From NCBI GenBank assembly GCA_963827505.1, contig CAWHBD010000001.1, positions 1,670,663-1,734,662 of the forward strand: DNA of 64,000 nt. The letters are read 5' to 3'. Positions 47,573 to 55,952 of this stretch are shown here, in pieces (positions within the stretch are counted from its first letter, which is position 1; every line of letters starts with the position of its first letter). The translations under genes were made by a program, and so were the position numbers. The notes beneath the pieces were generated by a model that was given only the letters and a program-made list of their open reading frames with translations, made no database searches and was not told where the DNA came from. The DNA is from an uncultured Candidatus Rokubacteria bacterium. GTDB taxonomy: Bacteria > Methylomirabilota > Methylomirabilia > Rokubacteriales > CSP1-6.

Positions 47573-47967
47573 CCTCGGCCCTCCCGACGAACGATCGAGC
47601 GGCCCCGACGGCCGAACAGCGTGATCACGCCCACGTGCGCGCGCCACACGTACAGCGATCGCCAAGCTTGGGAGGCCGGGTCCACACGTGGACCTGGTGC
47701 CCGTCGAACTCGTAGGCGATCTCCGTCTCGGCGGCGGCGCGCTTGAGCGCCTCCCAATCGTGACAGAGGACATCCGGGTGCGGAACTGACTTTGCCACGA
47801 TTGGATCGGATGCAGCAAGCCGAGGACCACACCCCTAAGCTCTTGTCTTATATGAGGTTGTTGCACCAGGGACCCTCGGTGTCGGTCACTTCCTTACCGC
47901 CGGAGGCGGTCACAAACCCGCCGCCGTCCGCGATCGAGCCCATTCCGCCTTATCGCCGTCTGTTATC

Positions 47968-49029
47968 GTGAGCGCGCCTCGAGCCATGGCGGGACACGAC
48001 ACGACGCCCACGTCGGCGGCGGCCGAGCTCTACCACACCTACTTCACGGGGCTCATCCTCACCGTCGCCTCGCGCCGCGGGGGCGGCGACGCCGCCGAGT
48101 GGGTCTTCCGCGTCTTCCGCCACCAGCATCACGAGAAGTTCCTGTCGAGCTTCGACAAGCTCGGCCTCGGCGGCCTGCCCCACGCGGTCGCCTGCGCGGC
48201 GTACCACTACCTGTCCAACGCCGTCGGCGGCGTCGACGTCGAGTTCATGCGCGAGAGCGATACCAAGGCGTGGGTGCGATTCGTGCCGCCGCGCTGGATC
48301 TACCCGGGGGCGGCCATCTGCGCAGTGCCGACCGAGGTCTCGCGCGCGATGCTCCGCGGCTGGTACGCGCAGAATGGGGTCACCCTGGGCAACGCCCGGC
48401 TGGGCTTCGTGTGCACGGCGCAGACCGTGGACGGGCAGCACGGCCTCGCCGGCTACTTCCTCGAACACGCGCACGACCTCGCCCCCGACGAGCGCCTGCA
48501 GTTTCGGCCCGGCGAGCTGCCGCCGCCCTTCGATCCGGCCCGCGCGCCCGTGCTGCCCGAGGGCCAGTGGCCGCCCGAGCGGCTTGCCAAGGCCAACCGC
48601 AACTACGCGATGGAGTACGTGCGCTCGGGGCTCCCGCGGCTGGTCGAGCTGTTCGGGCCGGCGGACGCCGGCCATCTCGGACGTGTGACCGGCCAGCTCG
48701 TTGGCGCCCAGTGCTACCGCGCCACCGCCGCGGCCCTCGGCGTCCGGGGCGATTCGGCGGACGCCTTCGCGGACTGGCTCGTGGCGCTGGCCGCGGCCGA
48801 GGGCGACGCGGCCGAGCGTCGGGCGCACGGCGAGTCGGTGCACGTCACCCGGGCCTCGTGGCGGCTCATGCGCGGCCTCGCCAACCTTTCGCCGGCGGTG
48901 TTCGAGGCGTGGAACGGACTGCTGGAAGGCGCGCTGGCCGTGCACAATCGCTTCCTGGTGCTGGAGGTGCTGCGCCGGCTCGACTACGGCGACGGCGCCT
49001 TCGAGTGGCGGATCCGCGCGCGCGGCTAG
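47968..49029 (+). CDS. Hypothetical protein (no family recognised)
   Basis: 353 aa, not low-complexity, with coding-like codon bias. GTG 47968; an alternative ATG is at 47986. Confidence 0.6.
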   Translation: MSAPRAMAGHDTTPTSAAAELYHTYFTGLILTVASRRGGGDAAEWVFRVFRHQHHEKFLSSFDKLGLGGLPHAVACAAYHYLSNAVGGVDVEFMRESDTKAWVRFVPPRWIYPGAAICAVPTEVSRAMLRGWYAQNGVTLGNARLGFVCTAQTVDGQHGLAGYFLEHAHDLAPDERLQFRPGELPPPFDPARAPVLPEGQWPPERLAKANRNYAMEYVRSGLPRLVELFGPADAGHLGRVTGQLVGAQCYRATAAALGVRGDSADAFADWLVALAAAEGDAAERRAHGESVHVTRASWRLMRGLANLSPAVFEAWNGLLEGALAVHNRFLVLEVLRRLDYGDGAFEWRIRARG

Positions 49030-50255
49030 GCGGGTCGGGCCGAGGCCTCGCGGTGGTCGGCGACCAGCCGGCCGCCCTTGAACACCAGCTGCAGCGTGCG
49101 GACGTGGTCGATGTCGTCCAGCGGATTGTCGCGGACGACGATGAGGTCGGCGAGCTTGCCGGCCTCGACGGTGCCGAGGTCGGCGCCCCGCCCCGAGACC
49201 TCGGCCGCGTGCTTCGTGGCCGCCTGCAGCGTCTGCCACGGCGTGGCGCCCGATTTCACCCACAGCCCCAGCTCCAGCAGCGCGCCCTCGCGCACGGGGC
49301 GCACGTCGGACCCGAGCGCCATCTTGAGGCCGGCCGCCAGCGCGCGACGGAACCACCCGCGGTGCTCGTCCACCGCCTCCTCCGCGCGCCTGATCAGGTC
49401 GGGGGTCAGCGCGCGCTGCTCCACCCACTGCTTCTCCCACCGGGTCGTGGCCTGGCCGGGGGTGAGATGCGTGATGCCGAGCGTGGGGACGTACCAGGCG
49501 GCGCGCTCACGGAAGAGGGCGAGACACTCGTCGTCCATGATGTAGCCGTGCTCGATCGAGTGGGCGCCCAGACGTAGCGCGGCTTTCACGGCATCGGCGC
49601 TCGCCGCGTGCGCCATCACCTTGAGACCGCGCTGGTGACAGATGGCGAAGGCCGCCTGCAGCTCCTCGGGCGTGAAGAACGAGTGCCAGTGGCGGTCCCA
49701 GGCCGGCCCCATGATGCCGCCGGTGAGGTTGAGCTTGACGTGGTCGACGCCGGCCTGGATGTGCTCGCGGATCGTGCGCACGAAGCCCTCGGGCCCGTCG
49801 CACGGCAGGGCGAAGCCGGTGCCCAGCGCGTGGCCGCCGGTGGTCGTGAGAAACCAGCCGCAGGTGACGAGCCGGGGGCCCACGTGCTGGCCAGTATCGA
49901 ACGCGTGCTTGAGGGCGACGTCGATGAAGTGGGGCGTGCCCGCCATGCGCAGGCCCGTCACGCCCCCCTCGAGCAGGGCGCGCTGCGCGTTGGCGAGGTA
50001 CTGCGCGGTCAGCTCGGGTACGCCGGCCTGCGGCACGCGGGGCCACTCGAGATGCACGTGGGCGTCCCAGAGTCCGGGGAGCAGGTAGGCGCCGCGCAGG
50101 TCGACGACCCGGGCGCCGCCCGTGACCGGCGATCGGCGTCCGTCGAGCACCTCGACGATGCGCTCGCCCTCGATGGTGACGCTGGCGCCCGCGGTGACGC
50201 CCGGCGTGACCGCGTCGATGAGACTCGCGTTGGTCAGGACGAGCGACGGCGTCAC
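49026..50255 (-). CDS. Amidohydrolase family protein
   Basis: GTG 50255 overlaps the upstream stop (GTGA). Contains LPGLWDAHVHL and the later metal ligands (MAHAAS..., IEHG). Confidence 0.85.
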   Translation of the reverse strand: MTPSLVLTNASLIDAVTPGVTAGASVTIEGERIVEVLDGRRSPVTGGARVVDLRGAYLLPGLWDAHVHLEWPRVPQAGVPELTAQYLANAQRALLEGGVTGLRMAGTPHFIDVALKHAFDTGQHVGPRLVTCGWFLTTTGGHALGTGFALPCDGPEGFVRTIREHIQAGVDHVKLNLTGGIMGPAWDRHWHSFFTPEELQAAFAICHQRGLKVMAHAASADAVKAALRLGAHSIEHGYIMDDECLALFRERAAWYVPTLGITHLTPGQATTRWEKQWVEQRALTPDLIRRAEEAVDEHRGWFRRALAAGLKMALGSDVRPVREGALLELGLWVKSGATPWQTLQAATKHAAEVSGRGADLGTVEAGKLADLIVVRDNPLDDIDHVRTLQLVFKGGRLVADHREASARPA

Positions 50256-51346
50256 GACACCTGGTCGGGCGGGGCGCCGAAGGCCGGCCGCACGTGCTCG
50301 CCGAAGCGGCGCATCGACGCCAGGATCTTGTCGTGGGCCAGGTAGCCGAAGCTCATCTGGCACAGCAGGTGGCGCACGCCGGCCGCGCGGAGCGCGGCCA
50401 CCTGCTCGGCCACGCGAGCGGCGGTGCCACACAGCGCGCCGGTCTCGAGTGACCACCGCACGGCCTCAGCGTCGGCCACGTCCGGGTCGTTGAACGGGTT
50501 GAGCAGCGCCGGCGCGATGTGAAAGTCGTCCGGATTGTAGGCGGCGCGGGCGTGCAGCATGTGCCGGCGGGTGTGCAGCACGGCGGCGGCCAGATCGTCC
50601 TCCGCCTCCGCCTGGCTGTCACCGACGTAGACGTGGCGCCACACGGCCACGTCGCGGCGCAGGCGCGTCCGCGTTGCTTCCGGGTGGCCGCCGGCGCGCA
50701 GGCCGTCCTCGTAGAGCGCGAGCCGCTCGGGCAGGACGGCGAGCGGCACCCGCGCGGTCAGGATGGGCACGCCCAGCCGCCCGCACTCGGTGAACGAGCG
50801 CGGCGTGACCACGCTGCGCCAGAGCGGAGGATGCGGGCGCTGGTAGGGACGCGGACGGAGCTCGGGCAGCCGGACCTGGTAGTACTTGCCCGCGAAGCGA
50901 AACGGCGCCTCCGTCCACGCGCGCGTCATCACCTCGATGGCCTCGGCGCTTCGCTCGGGCCCGTCGTCGCTGCGGAGCCCGTAGCCCACGTACTCGTACT
51001 CGTTGTAGAGCGAGCCTCGGCCCACGCCGACGTCGATGCGCCCGTGGCTCAGGTTGTCGAGCAGGGCCAGCTGCACGGCCAGCCGGATCGGGTGGCGCAG
51101 CGCCATCTGGATCACGGCGAAGCCGATGCGCACGCGCGTGGTGCGGGCGGCCACCGCGCTGGCGAACGGGATCGGGTCGCAGTAGACGGCCTCGCCGGTG
51201 AAGTTGTGCTCGGTGAGCCACACGCCGTCGAACCCGACCGTCTCCGCATAGCAGGCCTGGATCAGCTGCTCGTCGATGGCCGCCTGATCCGCCTCCGGCG
51301 AGGGCGAGTGAGCGAGGGTCAGCCAGCCGAACCGCATACCGTCCAT
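50252..51346 (-). CDS. LLM class flavin-dependent oxidoreductase
   Basis: 364 aa with FDGVWLTEHNF and GRIDVGVGRG. Confidence 0.88.
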   Translation of the reverse strand: MDGMRFGWLTLAHSPSPEADQAAIDEQLIQACYAETVGFDGVWLTEHNFTGEAVYCDPIPFASAVAARTTRVRIGFAVIQMALRHPIRLAVQLALLDNLSHGRIDVGVGRGSLYNEYEYVGYGLRSDDGPERSAEAIEVMTRAWTEAPFRFAGKYYQVRLPELRPRPYQRPHPPLWRSVVTPRSFTECGRLGVPILTARVPLAVLPERLALYEDGLRAGGHPEATRTRLRRDVAVWRHVYVGDSQAEAEDDLAAAVLHTRRHMLHARAAYNPDDFHIAPALLNPFNDPDVADAEAVRWSLETGALCGTAARVAEQVAALRAAGVRHLLCQMSFGYLAHDKILASMRRFGEHVRPAFGAPPDQVS

Positions 51347-51355
51347 TGAGTCGGC

Positions 51356-51709
51356 TCAGCAGCGCGCGTCGTCGGTGATGGTGAGGCTGACGGTGCCCGT
51401 GGCCGGGTCGTACTCGAAGTCGTTCCCGGCGCACTGCAGCTTCGGTGGGCCCATCAGCAGGCCGAGCACGGCGGCCTTGTCGGGCGGCCACTGGCCCTTC
51501 TCGGCCTGATAGCTCCGCACCAGGCCCTGCAGCGTGCCCAGGGTGGCGCGATCGGCGGCGAGCCGGCTGCGGTCGATCGGCCGGTCCTTCTGGAGCTGCT
51601 CGACGCTCTTCGCCGAGGAGGTGACGTATTGCATGAGGAAGTAGCCGCCGAGCGCGATCACGGCCACCACGATGAGGATCTCGATGAGGCCGAAGCCGCG
51701 GTGGTTCAT
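51356..51709 (-). CDS. Prepilin-type N-terminal cleavage/methylation domain protein (pilin / pseudopilin-like)
   Basis: ATG 51709 (MNHRGFGLIEILIVVAVIALGGYFL). 117 aa with C-terminal Cys residues (QCAG...DDARC). Confidence 0.72.
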   Translation of the reverse strand: MNHRGFGLIEILIVVAVIALGGYFLMQYVTSSAKSVEQLQKDRPIDRSRLAADRATLGTLQGLVRSYQAEKGQWPPDKAAVLGLLMGPPKLQCAGNDFEYDPATGTVSLTITDDARC

Positions 51710-51732
51710 GGAGGAGATCCTAGCACTCCGGG

Positions 51733-52081
51733 TTGCCTTGTCGTCGCCACGATGGTAAGTCTGCCGTCGTGTTCGTGATCGACCCCGGCCGGACCGACCT
51801 CGCCCTCGAGTTCCGGCACCGGCCGTTCGGGCCCCACAGCCCCGAGTTGCAGGCGGTGCTGAACGTGCTGCGGTCCTCGCAGCACTGCCAAAACCTCCTG
51901 CTCGATCTGCACGCGGCCCCACGCCGAGTGGGTGCTCGCCGAGAAGCAGCCCGGCGGCCGACCCCCTCGCCTCCTGCCCGGGCTCGTGTTCACGAGCGTC
52001 GAGGCCGCCGAGTGGCACGCGTTCCAGCTGCGCTGGGAGGCGGTCACCGGCCGGCCGCTGCCGCCGCTCGATCGCGAGTGA
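51733..52081 (+). pseudogene. Small protein preceding the DMFase-like gene (possible DmfA1-like small subunit), with at least one +1 frameshift
   Basis: The first frame reads ...VVFVIDPGRTDLALEFRHRPFGPHSPELQAVLNVLRSSQHCQNLLLD. From about 51908 the next frame reads TRPHAEWVLAEKQPGGRPPRLLPGLVFTSVEAAEWHAFQLRWEAVTGRPLPPLDRE*, to TGA 52079-52081. The start is uncertain (TTG 51733 or GTG 51769). The family assignment rests mainly on gene order and size. Confidence 0.4.
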
Positions 52082-52107
52082 GCGCTCCCGCGAACGTGAA
52101 CGTCCCG

Positions 52108-54342
52108 ATGCCGCGCGTGCTCGGCTACGCCGAGCCGCTCAGCGTCGAGCCGGGCGAGGAGATTCGCTTCATGGTCGGGACCCTCGACGGGCCCCGCCGC
52201 TATCGCGCCGAGGTCGTGCGGATGATCTGCGGCGACACGGGCCATCCCGGCCCGGCCTCCGGACCGTTCGCGTCCCGACGCCCATCGACGGCGAGCACGA
52301 GGGCACGCCCCAGGCCATCGACGCCGGTTCCTACGTCGATCGTCGAGCGCCCTGAAGCGTTCGCGGTCTCGTGCGCTTCACGCTGCAGGCCTTCATACAG
52401 CCCACCCGGGTGCCGGTCCGGCCGGCGCCGCGCCGGCAGGTCATCATGGGGACGTGGGCGGCGGACCAAGGCGACGGCTTCGCGCTGATGCTCGACGAGA
52501 CCGGCGCGCTCGCGGTCCTCGTCGGCACCGGCCCAGGTCGTCGACGGGCGCGCCCGCTCACCGCTCGCCGCTGGTACCACGTGGCGGCCGCGGTCGACCT
52601 GGCGGCGGGGACAGTGACGCTGCGCCAGACGCCGCTGGCGCGACCACACGCCGAGCCTCGAGCAGCCGGTGGTCGTGACGGCGACGGTCCGCGCGACGCC
52701 GGCGCCCGCCGCCGACTTCTTCCTCGGCGCCGCCCGCCACGCCATCGAGGACGGTCGGCTGCGCACGACGTGGCACTTCAACGGCAAGATCGACCGCCCG
52801 ACCCTGGCCCGGCGCGCACTCGCGGTGGACGAGCTGGCGGCCGCGGCGACGGCGCGCACCACCGTCGCTCGACGCCGCTGACGCGCTCGGGCTGTGGGAT
52901 CTCGCCGCCGACATGGCCACCGATCGCGTGAGCGATCGCTCGCCCAACCACTTGCACGGTCGCACCGTGAACGCGCCCAAGCGCGCCGTCACCGGCCACA
53001 ACTGGGACGGCACCGAGATGGACTGGCGCCGGGCGCCCGCACCAGTACGGCGCGATCCACTTCCACGACGACGACCTCTACGACGCCGGCTGGCGCCCGA
53101 GCCTGACGCTGACCGTGCCGGCCGACGTCCGCAGCGGCGTGTACGCGCTTCGGCTGCGACGCGGCCGGCGGCCCCGAGTTCTGGGTCGTGTTCTACGTGC
53201 GTCCGCCGCGCCGCGGCCCCCGAGCGCCGCGTGGCCTTCCTCGCCTCCACCGCGACCTACCTCGCCTACTCGAACTACCGCGCGCGCATGCGGCCGGGGC
53301 CGGCCGAGCTCTACATCGGCGCCCTGCCCATCGTGGACACGACCGACCTGCTGCTCATGCACCACCCGAGCTGGGCGGCTCCACCTACGACACCCACTCC
53401 GACGGCTCCGGCGTCTGCCACGTCTCGCGCCGGCGGCCCATCGTCAACGTGCGCCCGACCGGCCGCCTCTGGAACCTGTTCCTCGACTTGTGCCTGCTCG
53501 ACTGGCTGGAGGCCCACGACCAGCCGTACGACGTCGTCACCGACGACGATCTGCACGCCGAGGGGCTGACGCTCCTCGACGGCTACACCGTGGTCCTGAC
53601 CGGCTGCCATCCCGAGTACTACTCGCGCGAGATGCTGGACGCGCTCGCCGCCTATCTCGGCCGGGGCGGACGGCTCATGTACATGGGCGGCAACGGATTC
53701 TACTGGCGCGTGTCGTACCCGTCCGCGCATCCCGGGATGATCGAGATGCGCCGGGCCGAGGACGGTACCCGAGCGTGGGTGGAAGCGGTCGGCGAGTACT
53801 ATCACAGCTCAACCGGCGAGTACGGCGGACTCTGGCGACGGCAGGGCCGCGCGCCCAACGCACTGGTCGGGGTGGGGTTCGTGGCTCAGGGTTTCGACCG
53901 CTCGTCCTACTACCGGCGCACGGCGGCCAGCCGCGACCCCCGCGCCCGCTTCATCTTCGAGGGTGTCGCCGGCGAGATCCTCGGCGACTTCGGCACGGCC
54001 TGGGACGGGGCCGCCGGCCTCGAGCTGGACGCCTTCAACCCGAGCCTCGGCTCGCCGCCGTGGGCCCTGGTCGTCGCCTCGTCCGAGAATCACTCGAACG
54101 CCTTCCAGCTCGTCAACGAGGAGATGAACGTGTCGTTCGCCGGCGCCGACGGCCAGTTCTCGCCCGCGGTCCGGGCCGACATGGTGTTCTACGAGCATCC
54201 GGGCGGCGGGGCCGTCTTCTCGACGGGGTCCATCGCCTACGTCGGCAGCCTGGCCCACGCCGACTACGCCAACGACATCTCGCGCCTCACCCTGAACGTC
54301 CTGCGGCGGTTCCTCGACCCCGCGCCCTTCACCGCGCCGTGA
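52108..54342 (+). pseudogene. N,N-dimethylformamidase large-subunit (DmfA2)-like protein, broken by about nine single-nucleotide frameshifts
   Basis: Conserved blocks are spread over all three frames. They include MPRVLGYAEPLSVEPGEEIRF...ICGDTGHPGP, GLRTVRVPTPIDGEHEGTPQAIDAGSYV, IVERPEAFAVS, VRFTLQAFIQPT...RRWYHVAAAVD, LEQPVVVTATV...WHFNGKIDRP and ADALGLWDL...GHNWDGTEMDW. They continue with HQYGAIHFHDDDLYDAGW, EFWVVFYVRPP, RVAFLASTATYLAYSNY and ELGGSTYDTHSDGSGVCHVSRRRPIVNVRP, then run to the C-terminus at 54342. Confidence 0.8.
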
Positions 54343-54358
54343 CCGGCGCCTTCGAAGC

Positions 54359-55744
54359 TCAGGCCTTGCCGGGGACCACCGCGACGTAGAGCGCGACGTC
54401 CCCCCGCTCGAGGCGGACGTTCAGCCGCTCGCCCTTCCGGGCCTCGCGGGTGGCGCGCTCGAAGTCGGCGAGCGTCCGCACCGGCTGGCGGTTCACCTCC
54501 ACGATGACGTCGCCGCGCTGGATCCCGGCCTCGGCGGCGGCCGTGCCCTCGTCCACCCGGGTGACGACGACGCCCTCGGACGAGCGCCGATTGAGCTCAC
54601 GCGCGACGTCCGGCGTGAGCGGGCGCACCTCGAATCCGAAGCGAGAGGGGTGTCGCTCGCCCGGAGTCTCGCCGAGGACGGCATCGACCGTCCGCGCGGC
54701 GTTGTCGCGCCACAGCGTGATCTTCGTCCGGCGGCCGGGGGCGCCCAGGCCCACCGCGCGGGCCACGTCGGCGGCGTGCTCGATCTTGCGGCCGGCGACC
54801 TCGAGGACGACGTCGCCGGGCTTGAGCCCGGCCCGGGCAGCGGGACTGTCGGGCATCACCTCGGTCACGAGCACGCCCTTGCCGGGCAAGGCGGCCAGCT
54901 CCGGCGTAAGCGGCTGGAGCACGACCCCCAACCAGCCGCGCGTCACTTTGCCGTGCTCGACGAGCTGGGCCGCCACCCGCCGGGCCATGCTGGCCGGGAT
55001 GGCGAACCCGATGCCGGAGCCGCCACGCACGACCGCGCTGTTGATGCCGATCACCTCGCCGCGCATGTTGACCAGCGGCCCCCCGGAGTTGCCAGGGTTG
55101 ATGGCGGCGTCGGTCTGCAGGAAGTCGTCGTAGGGCCCGGCGCCGATCTGGCGGGCCTTGGCGCTGACGATGCCGGAGGTCACGGTCGCCTGCAGCCCGA
55201 AGGGCGAGCCGATCGCGAGCACCCAGTCACCCACCTGCACGTCGTTGGAGTCGCCGAGGGGCAGGAACGGAACACGCTTGCCGTTGACGTCCAGGCGAAG
55301 CACGGCCAGATCGGTCTTCTTGTCCGCACCGACGATCCGAGCCCGGTGCTTGGTGCCGTCGAGCATCGTCACCTCGATCTGGCTGGCGCCGTCGACGACG
55401 TGGGCGTTGGTCAGGGCGAGACCGGACGGGTCGATGATCACCCCGGAGCCCAGGCCGCGGCGGGGCAGGCGCTCGGGGGCGTCGCCATAGAACCGCCTGA
55501 AGTACTCCTCGCCGTAGAACTCCTCCAGCTGGGAGCGCCCGGCGCCCCGACGCTCGGTGTTGATGTTGACGACGGCGGGCTTCACCGCCTCGGCGAGCTT
55601 GGCGAAGGTGCCGGCGTCCAGCCGGAGCTGGACGGGGGTGAAGGCCGGTGCCGCCGTCGAGGTGGTGAGGTTGCTGCCGAGCAAGCCAGCCGACAGACCG
55701 AGGGTCAGGCCGAGGACGAGACCGGTCAGGGGACGGTTCTTCAT
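54359..55744 (-). CDS. Do/DegP/HtrA family periplasmic serine protease with two PDZ domains
   Basis: ATG 55744 follows GAGGAG. Has a signal/TM segment and the catalytic triad contexts TNAHVV, DLAVLRL and GNSGGPL. Confidence 0.9.
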   Translation of the reverse strand: MKNRPLTGLVLGLTLGLSAGLLGSNLTTSTAAPAFTPVQLRLDAGTFAKLAEAVKPAVVNINTERRGAGRSQLEEFYGEEYFRRFYGDAPERLPRRGLGSGVIIDPSGLALTNAHVVDGASQIEVTMLDGTKHRARIVGADKKTDLAVLRLDVNGKRVPFLPLGDSNDVQVGDWVLAIGSPFGLQATVTSGIVSAKARQIGAGPYDDFLQTDAAINPGNSGGPLVNMRGEVIGINSAVVRGGSGIGFAIPASMARRVAAQLVEHGKVTRGWLGVVLQPLTPELAALPGKGVLVTEVMPDSPAARAGLKPGDVVLEVAGRKIEHAADVARAVGLGAPGRRTKITLWRDNAARTVDAVLGETPGERHPSRFGFEVRPLTPDVARELNRRSSEGVVVTRVDEGTAAAEAGIQRGDVIVEVNRQPVRTLADFERATREARKGERLNVRLERGDVALYVAVVPGKA

Positions 55745-55952
55745 CGGAATGTGCTCCTCTGCAGGTGGGGGGCTGGTCAGACTGCGAACGCTCATGGCCG
55801 TGGTCCTTCGACGGCCTCGGGCGGTCCTTCATTCACGAGCCGGCGGGCGCTTCCCTGGTAGTCTGAGGCGCCGACCCTGGGGCCGCGGCCGGCCCGGACG
55901 CGAATACCACGAGGGCGCCGCCGTCTAACTCTCGTCCCCTGAAGGAGATCGC

